Shown here: piece by piece, positions 1 through 10,181 of the stretch | Numbering within the stretch: the stretch's first letter is position 1 | Layout: each line of letters begins with the position of its first letter | Assembly (NCBI GenBank): GCA_034667525.1 | Contig: JAXDJO010000015.1 | Span: 52,940-116,939 of the forward strand | Direction: 5' to 3' | Origin: Actinomycetota bacterium | Lineage (GTDB): Bacteria > Actinomycetota > CADDZG01 > WHSQ01 | Length of the DNA stretch: 64,000 bases | Translations under genes and position numbers: made by a program | The notes under the pieces: model-generated | Seen by the model: only the letters and a program-made list of their open reading frames with translations | What the model was told of the DNA's origin: nothing | The model's database searches: none

Positions 1-28
1 CTAGGTCGATGCCTACTGCCTTTGCCAC
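1..28 (-). CDS. dnaK: DnaK (Hsp70) chaperone, first 9 codons only; the gene continues beyond the left window edge
   Basis: On the minus strand: AAGGAGG (40..34), a 5-nt spacer, GTG (28..26), then A-K-A-V-G-I-D-L up to the edge. (M/V)AKAVGIDLGTTNS is the canonical DnaK N-terminus. A HAIR-type operator immediately upstream supports the call. Confidence 0.5.
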
Positions 29-65
29 TGCTGCCTCCTTCAAGGCTCGTACGATGGGTTCCAAA

Positions 66-109
66 CTTGATTGCGGTCGAGTATCAAACTTGAGTGCACT
101 ATTGTCAAG
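66..109 (-). promoter_or_regulatory. Candidate dnaK promoter overlapped by HspR-type HAIR operator(s)
   Basis: Read on the minus strand, CTTGACA-atagtgc-ACTCAAG (109..89) matches the HAIR consensus CTTGAGT-N7-ACTCAAG at 12/14 positions. TTGACA (108..103) + 17 nt + GATACT (85..80) is a plausible -35/-10 pair. A weaker second repeat, TTTGATA-N9-AATCAAG, lies at 88..66. Confidence 0.5.
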
Positions 110-153
110 TCTAACCAGGCGCAGGACCCTGCTATTCCCGCTAGATTGGTTCC

Positions 154-1089
154 GTGAGCACGCTTCCCAAGGGCTATGCCGTACGGTCCGCCACGCAGGA
201 GGATCTCCCGGAGGTGGTTCGCCTCTTCGACGCCCTCGACGCCACCTTCGGCCTGGCTCCCGCTACCGACCTCGAACTATTGCGCGGCCTCTTCCGGCTC
301 CCCAGCTTCGACGCCGACCGCAATACCTGGCTGATCACTGCCTCGGACGGCGCGATCGCGGCTTACGGAGACATCGAGGAACGGGCCGAAGAGAGTGCCA
401 TCGCTACCTTCGGCAGGGTCCATCCCGATCATCGGGGCAAGGGTCTGGGCGCGGTCCTGCTCGGCCTCATGGAGCAGCGCGCCCTAGAGATCGCAGGAGG
501 CCGCCAGGTGAGGATCAGGGCCGTCACGATCTCCCAAGATGAGGCGGGGATCGCCCTGCTGGAGTCGAGCGGTTACCACCATGTCCGGACGTACTGGCAC
601 ATGGAGCGTTCCCTGGAGGAGCTGCACGCTGCCCACCTGCCGCCCGGCGTCGTCATCCGCAGTTTCCGCGAAGGCGACGCCGAAGTGTTCCATCGCATCG
701 ACACCGAGGCCTTCCGCGGCCAGTGGGGGATGTCCGCGCACCCGTTCGATGAATGGAAGGAACGTCACCTGGAGGGCGAAGCCTTCGAGCCGGACATGTG
801 GCTACTCGCGCAGCTCGAAGGAGAGGACGTGGGCATCCTTGTGGGACGTGCCTGGACGAGGGAGGCGTGGGTGGATTCGCTTGCCGTGCTCGGCGAGTTC
901 CGGGGCCGCGGCATCGGCGCAGCGCTGCTACAGCAAGCGTTCCAAGTCTTCCGCGACGCGGGCTTTCGGCAGGTTGCGTTGAACGTCGACTCAAGCAACC
1001 CCACCGGGGCCACAAGGTTGTACGAGGCCCAGGGGATGCGCGTGCGTCGGCAATGGATGGTCTACGACAAGGAGCTTGGCGCCCGATAG
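154..1089 (+). CDS. GNAT family N-acetyltransferase with two tandem GNAT domains (MshD-like architecture)
   Basis: 311-aa ORF with a GTG start. It has two acetyl-CoA binding cores (HRGKGLGAVLL and FRGRGIGAALL). The two-domain layout matches mycothiol synthase, but the substrate cannot be assigned from sequence alone. Confidence 0.8.
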   Translation: MSTLPKGYAVRSATQEDLPEVVRLFDALDATFGLAPATDLELLRGLFRLPSFDADRNTWLITASDGAIAAYGDIEERAEESAIATFGRVHPDHRGKGLGAVLLGLMEQRALEIAGGRQVRIRAVTISQDEAGIALLESSGYHHVRTYWHMERSLEELHAAHLPPGVVIRSFREGDAEVFHRIDTEAFRGQWGMSAHPFDEWKERHLEGEAFEPDMWLLAQLEGEDVGILVGRAWTREAWVDSLAVLGEFRGRGIGAALLQQAFQVFRDAGFRQVALNVDSSNPTGATRLYEAQGMRVRRQWMVYDKELGAR

Positions 1090-1098
1090 CATCCCGCC

Positions 1099-1977
1099 AT
1101 GGCCGAGGGGTTGATCGAGGTACCCGGTGGCAGGGTCTGGTGGCGAAGCGCCGGGGACGAACATGAGGGTGTGCCGCTCCTGTGTCTACACGGTGGCCCG
1201 GGATTTGCACACGATTATCTCGACTCCCTGGAAGACCTCGCCAATCGGCGGCGCGTCATCTTTTACGACCAGCTTGGTTGTGGGCGGTCGGACCGCCCCA
1301 GCGACACCTCACTATGGACGCTCGAACGGTTCGTCGAGGAATTGGTCACCCTACGGTCGGCCCTGGAGCTCGAGCGGCTACACCTCTTCGGGAGCTCCTG
1401 GGGCGGCATGCTGGCGATGCAGTACATCCTCGACCACCAGCCTCCGCTCGAAAGCCTGATCATCGCAAGCAGCCCCGCCAGCATCCCGCGGTGGGAGAGA
1501 GACACGCGCACGTTGTTGTCTCGCATGAGTCAGAAGGACCAAGACATCGTGGCGCGCCACGAAGACCACAGTTGGTTCGGCTGCCTCGAATATCAGGCTG
1601 TGATGCTGACCTTCTACAAACGCCACGTCTGCCGGATGGATCCGTGGCCCGAGGGCCTGGAGCGTTCTTTCGAGGGCCTCAACCCTGAGATCTATATGCA
1701 GATGCAGGGCCCGAGTGAGTTCACGATCGTTGGCTCATTCAAAGACTGGGACATCACAGAGCGTTTGCCCGAGATCCGCGTTCCAACCCTGCTCACCGGA
1801 GGACGACACGACGAGTGCTTGCCGGAGCATCTCGAAGATATGAGCTCTCGCTTGCCTGACTCACGGGTAAAGATCTTCGAGGAGGGTTCCCACCTCCATT
1901 TCCAGGAAGAGCGAGCGGCTTACATGGAAACGCTCAACGACTGGTTCGAAGAGATCGAAGCGCGCTCCGGCTCCTGA
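1099..1977 (+). CDS. Proline iminopeptidase-family alpha/beta hydrolase
   Basis: 292 aa. It has an HGGPGF oxyanion region, a GSSWGG nucleophile elbow and a C-terminal GSHL histidine region typical of the prolyl aminopeptidase family. Confidence 0.8.
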   Translation: MAEGLIEVPGGRVWWRSAGDEHEGVPLLCLHGGPGFAHDYLDSLEDLANRRRVIFYDQLGCGRSDRPSDTSLWTLERFVEELVTLRSALELERLHLFGSSWGGMLAMQYILDHQPPLESLIIASSPASIPRWERDTRTLLSRMSQKDQDIVARHEDHSWFGCLEYQAVMLTFYKRHVCRMDPWPEGLERSFEGLNPEIYMQMQGPSEFTIVGSFKDWDITERLPEIRVPTLLTGGRHDECLPEHLEDMSSRLPDSRVKIFEEGSHLHFQEERAAYMETLNDWFEEIEARSGS

Positions 1978-2028
1978 TTCTTGTTTAGGGCCGCCACGGT
2001 GACCTGCTGTCCGGAGCAACCGGGTCGG

Positions 2029-4014
2029 CTATCCGGTTGAGGCAGGCACGCCCTCTCGATCCAAAGGACCCAAGAGGGAGCCGTGTGGCAGCTTCTTCCC
2101 GAAGTGTGCGTCGAGGTCGTTGGCGTCAAGGGTCTCCTTGTCCAGCAGGATGGCCGCAAGCTCGTCCATGTCCTGCCGGCGCCCTTTCAGGATCTTCGAC
2201 GCCTTGTCCAGGGCCTCGACCAGGATCGATCGCACCTCGCGGTCGATGACCACCTGGGCCTCCTCGGACATCTCCTCACCCCGCCGGAAGATCGCCGAAA
2301 GGTAGCGCGGCCCCTGCTCCGCGATGTTGATCGGGCCCACTTTCTCGGACATCCCAAACTCCATGACCATGCGGCGCGCGGTTTCGGTAGCGCGTTTGAG
2401 ATCGTCCTGTGCGCCCGTAGTGGCGAAGCCGAAGATCAGCTCCTCCGCCGCCCGGCCCCCGAGGAGGATAGCGATCATGTCCTTGAGCTCCGGCTCGGCC
2501 ATGAGGAAGCGCTCCTCTTCGGCGAGCTGCTGCGTGTAGCCGAGTGCTCCGATGCCGCGAGGGATGATCGACACCCGGTGCACGGGATCAGCGTGCTCGA
2601 CGAAACGAGCCACGATCGCGTGGCCAAGCTCGTGGTAGGCGACCAGCGTTCGCTCCTTGTCCGACAGCACGGTGGAGCGGCGTTCCAGACCCGCGTAGAC
2701 GCGATCTATCGCTTCCTCCAGATCCATCATGTCGACCTCCTCTTTGCCACGGCGGGCCGCCAGAAGCGCACCCTCGTTGATCACGTTCGCCAGCTGCGCG
2801 CCCGAGAAACCAGGAGTGCGCCGTGCCAGCACCCGGAGATCAACATCGCCACGCATCTTCACGTCGCGTGCGTGGATCTGAAGGATGGCCTCTCGGCCTT
2901 TGATGTCAGGCAGGTTCACCTGGATCTGACGGTCGAAGCGGCCCGGCCGTAGCAGCGCCGCGTCCAGCACCTCGGGACGGTTGGATGCAGCCACGATGAT
3001 GACCCCGCTGTTTGGCTGGAAACCATCCATCTCGGTGAGGAGCTGTTGCAACGTCTGCTCCTGCTCCTGGTGCGACCCAAGTTGGTTGCCGGCTGCACCC
3101 GAGCGCGCTTGTCCGATCGAGTCGATCTCATCGATGAAGACGATCGCCGGCGCTCGCTCGCGTGCCTGCTGGAAGAGATCCCGAACCCGCGCGGCGCCCA
3201 GGCCCACGAATAGCTCGACGAATTCAGAAGCCGAGATGTAGAAGAAGGGCACGCTCGCTTCGCCCGCAACCGCCCGCGCGAGGAGTGTCTTTCCGGTCCC
3301 CGGGGGCCCGACAAGCAACACGCCTTTGGGGATGCGCGCGCCAAGCCGTTCGAACTTCTTCGGAGTCTTCAGATAGTCAACCAGCTCGACCAGCTCGGCC
3401 TCGACCTCATCCACGCCCGCCACGTCCTTGAAGGTGGTCTTCATGTCCGTGCGGTCGTAGAGCTTGGCTTTGTTCTTACCGAAGGACAGGGCACCGGCAC
3501 CCATCTGATTGCGCATACGTCTCAGGATGAAGAAGTAATAGATCCCGCCGAAGAACAGGATCGGAAGCACCCACCCGAACAAGAAGCCGCTCCACACGCT
3601 CGGCTGCGAGCCGGAAACGGCGACGCCCTTGGCCTGGAGCTGTTTGATGAGGCTGTTGGTTTGGAAATTCGGCGGGAGAGTCGTCGAGAAGCTGTGAGTG
3701 GCACCGGCCTTCTTATACGTACCTCTCACGGAAGTTTCGGAGACATTGGCTTCGATCACCGCGCCTCTGTCGACCAATTGAAGGAATCCGGGGGCCGTCG
3801 TCGAGGTGCTCGAGAACGGGAGCACGTCCACTCCGCCGCCGAAGAGGGAGCTCTGGAACAGCAGGATGAGGAGCAGAGCGCCCACCACCCAGGCGGCCGT
3901 CACCCACCGCTGCTGGTCGGGGGCGGGCGAGCCCGAAGACTTCTTCTTGGGAGGGACCGCGTTGCGCGGGTCCCACGCCCTCGGCTTCTTCTTGGGGGTG
4001 TCGCGTTGGCTCAT
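2029..4014 (-). CDS. ftsH: ATP-dependent zinc metalloprotease FtsH
   Basis: 661 aa with N-terminal TM segments, Walker A GPPGTGKT, Walker B IVFIDEID and the Zn motif HELGHA. Confidence 0.97.
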   Translation of the reverse strand: MSQRDTPKKKPRAWDPRNAVPPKKKSSGSPAPDQQRWVTAAWVVGALLLILLFQSSLFGGGVDVLPFSSTSTTAPGFLQLVDRGAVIEANVSETSVRGTYKKAGATHSFSTTLPPNFQTNSLIKQLQAKGVAVSGSQPSVWSGFLFGWVLPILFFGGIYYFFILRRMRNQMGAGALSFGKNKAKLYDRTDMKTTFKDVAGVDEVEAELVELVDYLKTPKKFERLGARIPKGVLLVGPPGTGKTLLARAVAGEASVPFFYISASEFVELFVGLGAARVRDLFQQARERAPAIVFIDEIDSIGQARSGAAGNQLGSHQEQEQTLQQLLTEMDGFQPNSGVIIVAASNRPEVLDAALLRPGRFDRQIQVNLPDIKGREAILQIHARDVKMRGDVDLRVLARRTPGFSGAQLANVINEGALLAARRGKEEVDMMDLEEAIDRVYAGLERRSTVLSDKERTLVAYHELGHAIVARFVEHADPVHRVSIIPRGIGALGYTQQLAEEERFLMAEPELKDMIAILLGGRAAEELIFGFATTGAQDDLKRATETARRMVMEFGMSEKVGPINIAEQGPRYLSAIFRRGEEMSEEAQVVIDREVRSILVEALDKASKILKGRRQDMDELAAILLDKETLDANDLDAHFGKKLPHGSLLGPLDREGVPASTG

Positions 4015-4083
4015 CTTGCGAGCCTACCCGCGCGGTTTCTGCCGGCGCTCTGCAGGCCGGGCCGTGAGAGATCCGCTACAAGC

Positions 4084-5025
4084 CTAGAGCCAGGCCTCCC
4101 GCGCCCACGCGATCGTCCGCCCGAGGCCCTCCTCGAGAGACACCTTCGGCTCCCACCCGAGCTTGTCTCGCGCCAACGAGATATCGGGGCAACGCACCTC
4201 CGGATCGTCTTCGGGACGCTCCTCGAACGTGACCTCGGAGTCGCTTCCGGCGAGGCGGGCGATCAGCTCGGCGAGCTCGGCGATCGTGACCTCGCGAGGA
4301 TTGCCCAGGTTCATGGGACCTACGTGGTTGGAATTCAACAGACGCCAGAAGCCTTCGATCAGGTCATCGACGTAGCAAAGAGAACGTGTCTGAGATCCGT
4401 CACCGTGGATGGTCAGGGGATCCCCCCGCAGTGACTGCCTTATGAAATTGGGCACCGCCCGGCCGTCTTCGCGCGCCATCCGGGGGCCCTGGGTGTTGAA
4501 GATGCGCGGGATCCTCACGTCGATGCCGTGGGCGCGGTGATAGGCCATCGTCATCGCTTCGGCATAACGCTTGGCTTCGTCGTATACCCCCCGTGGGCCG
4601 ACCGGATTGACGTGGCCCCAGTAGCTCTCGGGTTGCGGGTGGACCTGGGGGTCGCCGTAGGTCTCGGAGGTCGAAGCCAGAAAGAAACCAGCCCCTTTGG
4701 CTTTTGCGAGCCCCAGACCATTCAAAGTACCCAGAGCACCCACTTTCAACGTGTGGATCGGGTGCTCGAGGTAGTGCACCGGCGAAGCGGGGGAGGCAAG
4801 ATGGAGCACCCAGTCGATGGGACCGTCGACCTCGATATGACGGGTGACGTCGCGCCGTTCTAGGCGAAATCCGGGATGGTCCATGATCGCCGAGACATTC
4901 TCTGGGTTCCCCGTCAGCATCGAATCGAGGCAGACGACCTCCCACCCCTCGGCGAGCAGGCGCTCGCAGAGATGGGAGCCGAGGAAGCCGGATCCGCCGG
5001 TAACCACCGCTCTAGCCATGGTCAA
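4084..5025 (-). CDS. UDP-glucuronate decarboxylase / UDP-xylose synthase-type NAD-dependent epimerase/dehydratase
   Basis: 313 aa with Rossmann motif [12 protein letters not shown], catalytic YDEAK (YxxxK), and overall resemblance to the UXS family. Confidence 0.85.
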   Translation of the reverse strand: MTMARAVVTGGSGFLGSHLCERLLAEGWEVVCLDSMLTGNPENVSAIMDHPGFRLERRDVTRHIEVDGPIDWVLHLASPASPVHYLEHPIHTLKVGALGTLNGLGLAKAKGAGFFLASTSETYGDPQVHPQPESYWGHVNPVGPRGVYDEAKRYAEAMTMAYHRAHGIDVRIPRIFNTQGPRMAREDGRAVPNFIRQSLRGDPLTIHGDGSQTRSLCYVDDLIEGFWRLLNSNHVGPMNLGNPREVTIAELAELIARLAGSDSEVTFEERPEDDPEVRCPDISLARDKLGWEPKVSLEEGLGRTIAWAREAWL

Positions 5026-5656
5026 TGCCTAACAGGTTGGCGACGTCGTCGTCACCCGTCTGGGCGAAGTCGTCGTACCAGAGGCCAACGGCACTGAGGT
5101 TCTTCGGTGTGACGAGGCAGACAACCTCATCGGCGACGGAGCGGAGAGAGGCGCACGTCGAGGGGGCCGCAACGGGCACCGCAACGACTATCTGCGCCGG
5201 AGCGTGGCGCCGGGCTGCCTCGATCGCCGCCCGCATGGTTGATCCCGTAGCCAACCCGTCGTCCACCAGGATCACCACCTTGCCGGAGAGATCCAACGGC
5301 TGGCGCCCGCGACGGTAGAGATTCTCTCTGCGCCTCAACTCGAGCGACTCCTCCTGCACTGCCTGCTCTATGACCTCCGGCTGGATCCGAAGACTCCGGA
5401 CCACATCCTGATTGAGGACGCGGACGTTCCCGGCAGCTATGGCTCCCATCGCCAGCTCCTCGCGGCGCGGTACCCCCAGCTTGCGCACGACCGAGACGTC
5501 CAGGGGAGCGGACAACGCCCGGGCTACCTCGAAGGCGACCGGGACCCCGCCTCGAGGAAGCCCCAGGACAACCACGTCGGTGCGAGTGGCGTACTGCTGC
5601 AATCGCTTCCCCAAAGCTTCGCCGGCGGCCCGACGATCGCGGAATCTCTCGGCCAC
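5012..5656 (-). CDS. Phosphoribosyltransferase-domain protein
   Basis: 214 aa with the PRPP-binding loop [14 protein letters not shown]. It overlaps the downstream UXS start by 14 nt, so the two are probably co-transcribed. Confidence 0.75.
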   Translation of the reverse strand: MAERFRDRRAAGEALGKRLQQYATRTDVVVLGLPRGGVPVAFEVARALSAPLDVSVVRKLGVPRREELAMGAIAAGNVRVLNQDVVRSLRIQPEVIEQAVQEESLELRRRENLYRRGRQPLDLSGKVVILVDDGLATGSTMRAAIEAARRHAPAQIVVAVPVAAPSTCASLRSVADEVVCLVTPKNLSAVGLWYDDFAQTGDDDVANLLGIDHG

Positions 5657-5799
5657 CAGCCCACTCTTGCAGAGTCCCCCGAAGTGAGTGGCCCGGGGGG
5701 CCCAGATCGCCGATCACCTCGCGTTCGTAGCCGCCGCCGTCATCCGGCGATCCCGGGCGACAGCCGAGTATCCGGCGGCCGGCACCGTAGTCTCTGACC

Positions 5800-6039
5800 A
5801 TGACTGACGATCAGCATGACGACGCTTCGGCCGACGAGCAGACCCCGCGCGAAGACGCGCCCTCTTCGGAAGACGGCTCGGCGGGCTCCGACGCAGACGA
5901 GAAGGTCGGCGAGATGGAACAAGGCATTGAGCGCGTTGATGACGACATCGAGCACGCCAAAGAGGACGCAGAGAAGGCTCATCGGCTCGATCCCCAACCG
6001 CTGACCAGCGACGAGGACAACGAGAGCCCCAGTCACTGA
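5800..6039 (+). CDS. Small, highly acidic hypothetical protein (79 aa)
   Basis: ATG-initiated ORF rich in D/E. Its TGA stop (6037..6039) lies 3 nt before the GTG start of the GH15 gene. No recognisable domain. Confidence 0.35.
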   Translation: MTDDQHDDASADEQTPREDAPSSEDGSAGSDADEKVGEMEQGIERVDDDIEHAKEDAEKAHRLDPQPLTSDEDNESPSH

Positions 6040-6042
6040 TCT

Positions 6043-7866
6043 GTGTCAACGCCCCTGGAGGATTACGCGCTCATCGGCGACACCCATACGGCCGCGCTGG
6101 TGTCGAAGAGCGGCTCGCTAGATTGGCTGTGCCTGCCGCGCTTTGACTCCGAAGCTTGCTTCGCCGCCCTGTTGGGTGATGAGTCACATGGTCGCTGGCT
6201 GCTCGCCCCTGCGGGAGGGATCAAACAGATACGGCGGCGTTACCGCGGAGACACCCTGGTGCTCGAGACGGAGTTCGAAACCGAAGACGGTGTCGTGCGG
6301 ATCGTGGATTGCATGCCTCACCGTGAGCACCGGCCCGATGTGGTTCGGATGGTGGAAGGGATCAAGGGGCGGGTCCCGATGCAGATGCGGCTCGTGATCC
6401 GTTTCGACTATGGGACCACCGTTCCGTGGGTGCGCCGCCGCGATGATCGCTTCCAGGCGCTGGCCGGACCGGATGCACTCATGCTCGACACGCCAGTTGA
6501 TCTCCGCGGAGAGAACCTGACAACCGTGGCCGAGTTCGAGGTTGCGGCCAGAGATCGCGTGCCCTTCGTCCTCAGCTGGCATCCCTCGCACGAAGACCCC
6601 CCGCCGGCTCGCGACGCTGCGCTCGCGCTGACTCAGACGGAAAGTACGTGGTGCGATTGGTCGCAGAAGTTGAAGCCGGGATCGGAATGGCGCGATGCAG
6701 TGATCAGGTCACTCGTAACGCTCAAGGCCCTCACCTATCAGCCAACGGGCGGGATCGTGGCAGCTCCCACAACCTCGTTGCCGGAAAAGCTCGGTGGAGT
6801 TCGCAACTGGGACTACCGCTACTGCTGGCTGCGAGACGCCACCTTCACCCTGTATTCGCTGCTCGTCGCCGGTTATCAAGAAGAAGCGAGTGCATGGCGC
6901 GAGTGGCTGCTACGCGCGGTTGCGGGACAGGCATCGCGGATGCAGATCATGTATGGGGCGGCCGGCGAGCGATGGTTGGCCGAGAGAGAGATCGACTGGC
7001 TGCCCGGGTATGAAGCTTCAGCGCCGGTCCGGGTCGGTAACGCCGCGGTCGACCAATTCCAGCTCGACGTTTATGGCGAAGTTATGGATTCTCTTCACCA
7101 GGCTCGCCGGCAGGGATTGGCGGAGGAGGATTCCGACTGGCAACTGCAATCGCAGATCATGGATTTCCTGGAGTCGAAGTGGAAGGAGCCGGATGAGGGC
7201 CTCTGGGAGATCCGTGGGCAACGGCGCCACTTCACTCATTCGAAGATCATGGCGTGGGTTGGCTTCGATCGCGCGGTCAAAGCCGTCGATGAATTCGGCC
7301 TCGATGGACCATCGGGCCGATGGAAGGGGTTGCGCGACGACATCCATCGGGAGGTCTGCCGTGAGGGTTTCGATTCCGAGCGAGGCGCTTTCACCCAGTA
7401 TTACGGGACGAAACAACTCGATGCCAGCCTGCTGCTGACGCCGCTGGTTGGCTTCCTTCCAGCTTCCGACGAGCGCGTTAAGGGGACCATCGAAGCCATA
7501 GAGAAAGAGCTGTCGGTTGACGGGTTCGTGATGCGGTACTCGGAGGATTACGAAGACGTGGACGGGCTGCCCCAAGGCGAGGGAGCCTTCCTCGCCTGCA
7601 GCTTCTGGCTGGTGGACTGCTTGACCCTCCTCGGACGGAAGGAAGACGCAGTGCGGATGTTCGAGCGGCTTCTCGCGATCCGGAACGACGTCGGGCTTTT
7701 ATCGGAGGAGTACGACGTCGAGCACCATAGGCTCGTCGGCAACTTTCCGCAGGCCTTTTCTCATGTGGCGCTTGCCAACAGCGCCCACAACTTGGCTACA
7801 GACGTGACCGGCCCCGCGGCGAGCCGCGGCGATGGCGGGGGCCAGGCAGAACCGCAGGAGCTCTAG
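6043..7866 (+). CDS. Glycoside hydrolase family 15 protein (glucoamylase/trehalase-like)
   Basis: 607 aa. The N-terminal LEDYALIGD... and the RNWDYRYCWLRDATF block are typical of bacterial GH15 enzymes. Confidence 0.85.
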   Translation: MSTPLEDYALIGDTHTAALVSKSGSLDWLCLPRFDSEACFAALLGDESHGRWLLAPAGGIKQIRRRYRGDTLVLETEFETEDGVVRIVDCMPHREHRPDVVRMVEGIKGRVPMQMRLVIRFDYGTTVPWVRRRDDRFQALAGPDALMLDTPVDLRGENLTTVAEFEVAARDRVPFVLSWHPSHEDPPPARDAALALTQTESTWCDWSQKLKPGSEWRDAVIRSLVTLKALTYQPTGGIVAAPTTSLPEKLGGVRNWDYRYCWLRDATFTLYSLLVAGYQEEASAWREWLLRAVAGQASRMQIMYGAAGERWLAEREIDWLPGYEASAPVRVGNAAVDQFQLDVYGEVMDSLHQARRQGLAEEDSDWQLQSQIMDFLESKWKEPDEGLWEIRGQRRHFTHSKIMAWVGFDRAVKAVDEFGLDGPSGRWKGLRDDIHREVCREGFDSERGAFTQYYGTKQLDASLLLTPLVGFLPASDERVKGTIEAIEKELSVDGFVMRYSEDYEDVDGLPQGEGAFLACSFWLVDCLTLLGRKEDAVRMFERLLAIRNDVGLLSEEYDVEHHRLVGNFPQAFSHVALANSAHNLATDVTGPAASRGDGGGQAEPQEL

Positions 7867-7906
7867 CGGGCCGTCTCCGTGGAGAGGTCGCTCTCGGACC
7901 GGACGT

Positions 7907-8896
7907 TCAGCGCCGAGTTCGCAGGACTTTGAGGAGCAATGTCCCCGCCGCGACTCCCGCGGGCACGAGCAGGCTCCGGTGAGTGGTCGCGCGCAGTTGA
8001 AAGCTGCGGCCGTGCGCCCGCGCGGTGAACTGCCCGCGAGCGCCGACGTCGCCCGCCACGGGCTCCCAGAGATTGTTCGAGCGATCGGCGTCGACCGGTT
8101 CGTCGGTCTGCTGTGACTTGAACCCGGTACGGCCAAGATAGTGATCGAGCGCTCCGGAGGCAACCTTGTCGCCAAGGATCGTCGCCGTCGTGGGAGCCCC
8201 CACGTACAGCTCTCGCCGCCGGGGGTGATTCGACGCCCACACGATCGCGTCCGCGGCCACCTCCGGCTCGAAGATCGGCGGAACCGGCTGTGGGTGACGC
8301 GGAAGACGAGTTTTCACCCAGCCGAATTGCGGAGTGTTGAGAGCCGGCATCTGCACCATAGAGATCGTGACGTTGCTCTTGTCGTGCAGGAGCTCACACC
8401 GCACCGCTTCGGTAAATCCTTGTATCGCGTGCTTGGCGCCGCAGTACGCGCTCTGTAGTGGGATGCCGCGATAGGCCAGCGCCGAGCCCACCTGGATGAT
8501 TCGACCTTCGTTGCGCGGGAGCATGCGGCGAAGGGCAGTCATCGTCCCATAGACGACGCCGAGATAGGTGACTTCGGTGACGCGTTTGAACTCATCGGCT
8601 TCCATCTCCTTGAAAGGAGAAAACACCGACACCATCGCATTGTTGACCCAGATGTCGATCGGTCCCAAACGTTCTTCGATGACCCTCGCAGCATCCTCAA
8701 CGGCGCTGGGATCGGAAACGTCGGTCGGCACGGCAACCGCGTCCGTGCCCTCTGCCACCACTTCCCGTCGCGCGGCTTCCAATCCATCCTCGCCCCGGGC
8801 CATGAGGCCGATGCGGGCGCCTGTACGCGCGAAGGCCCGGGCCGTCGCCCTACCGACCCCGGCGCTAGCTCCTGTGACTACGACGACGTCAGACAT
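7907..8896 (-). CDS. SDR family oxidoreductase with C-terminal hydrophobic tail
   Basis: 329 aa with TGASAGVG (TGxxxGxG), YCGAK (YxxxK), and a terminal hydrophobic segment LLVPAGVAAGTLLLKVL. Confidence 0.85.
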   Translation of the reverse strand: MSDVVVVTGASAGVGRATARAFARTGARIGLMARGEDGLEAARREVVAEGTDAVAVPTDVSDPSAVEDAARVIEERLGPIDIWVNNAMVSVFSPFKEMEADEFKRVTEVTYLGVVYGTMTALRRMLPRNEGRIIQVGSALAYRGIPLQSAYCGAKHAIQGFTEAVRCELLHDKSNVTISMVQMPALNTPQFGWVKTRLPRHPQPVPPIFEPEVAADAIVWASNHPRRRELYVGAPTTATILGDKVASGALDHYLGRTGFKSQQTDEPVDADRSNNLWEPVAGDVGARGQFTARAHGRSFQLRATTHRSLLVPAGVAAGTLLLKVLRTRR

Positions 8897-8976
8897 ATCT
8901 CGAACCTCTTGTCTCGGTGCGATGGCGTGGCTTTAGCAGCTGGAAGAATCCTCACTTGAGGACGAGCCCGTCTCTC

Positions 8977-10029
8977 TCACCACGGTCTCTTTCCGATCCC
9001 GGTTGCCAGTTCGCGGAGGCGGAAACGCCCTCCAGCCTTCCTGTCCAACGGCGGGGTTGGTATGCCGGCGTCCGCCTGGAGTCCCGAGATGAGGTCGAGC
9101 AGAGCGGCTTCGGCGGTATACATCGGCACCCATCCCAACTCGGTTCGCGCCCTGGTGGTGTCGATCAGAGGACTCTGGATGGCGAGGTCGAACCATCCCG
9201 GTGGAGTTGGTTGCAATCGCGACCGCCATGTAAGGGAGGTCACTGCGCGCGCGACGCGGGGCGACACTTTGACGGGGTGCGCATTCATGATCGCAGCGAG
9301 CTTGTCCGGATCGAGAACGGGATCGGCGGCGATGTTGAAGGCCCCCCGCACATCCTTTGTAACCGCAAGGTGATACGCCTCACCGACATCGAACGAATGA
9401 ACACACTGGAAGCGCAAACGATCGATGTTAGGAACGAAGGTGATCAGTGACCTGCGAAGGAGAGGGCTGGGAAGGAACGGACCCGCGAACAGACGCCGGA
9501 CCTCGGCTCCCGCCTCGCGCTTGAAGATCAATGCCGGTCTCAACCGCACCGTGCGGACATCCGGATGCTCGCTCTCGAAGGTATTCAGCAACCCTTCCAC
9601 CTCGGCTTTGTGCCGCGAATAGAAGGAGGTACTCACGCCTTCGGTGGGCCAGGACTCGTCGACCATCCTTGTCTTGGGCCCAGGTGAATATGCCCCTACC
9701 GACGAGGCGTACACGAGAGCGGGCACCTCGGCTGCTGCTACGCCATCGAAAACGCGCTTGCTGCCGGCCACGTTGACGTTGTAGAGCGTCCCCATCGAGC
9801 GAGAGGGCTGGATGCTCCACGCGAGATGCACGACCACGTCGGCCCCCCGGAAATGCGGCTCGAGGTCAGACTCCGTGGCATCCGCGCGGATCCAGCTTGT
9901 CTTGGGAAATTGGGAACCGGGCGTTCTCCTCGCCAAGCCCAAGATCGACTCGACGCTTGGGTCCTTCTCCAGGGCGCGCAGCAAACTAGTTCCGACATTT
10001 CCGGATGCTCCGACTACTACGACTCGCAT
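8977..10029 (-). CDS. NAD-dependent epimerase/dehydratase family protein
   Basis: The start was moved to ATG 10029 (MRVVVVGASGNVG Rossmann motif). The track ORF begins 11 codons upstream. Confidence 0.8.
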   Translation of the reverse strand: MRVVVVGASGNVGTSLLRALEKDPSVESILGLARRTPGSQFPKTSWIRADATESDLEPHFRGADVVVHLAWSIQPSRSMGTLYNVNVAGSKRVFDGVAAAEVPALVYASSVGAYSPGPKTRMVDESWPTEGVSTSFYSRHKAEVEGLLNTFESEHPDVRTVRLRPALIFKREAGAEVRRLFAGPFLPSPLLRRSLITFVPNIDRLRFQCVHSFDVGEAYHLAVTKDVRGAFNIAADPVLDPDKLAAIMNAHPVKVSPRVARAVTSLTWRSRLQPTPPGWFDLAIQSPLIDTTRARTELGWVPMYTAEAALLDLISGLQADAGIPTPPLDRKAGGRFRLRELATGIGKRPW

Positions 10030-10181
10030 CCTCACGATGTTCCCGCTGTGCCAGCAGTTCAAACAGAGTTCTTATCAGGAGGTGTATCTCTCTATCCAAT
10101 CGGATCAAGAAGTCTGGCGTCGTCTCCTTACACCCGCGGTTCGCAAGGACCTACGGCTATGCTGCCGAGAGAGGAGGGAAC

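Noticed and set aside
9-542. A 177-aa ORF at the window start, plus the many other 60-200-aa overlapping ORFs in the track.
   Set aside because: They overlap better-supported genes in other frames or strands and have Arg/Pro/Gly-rich composition typical of non-coding frames in high-GC DNA.
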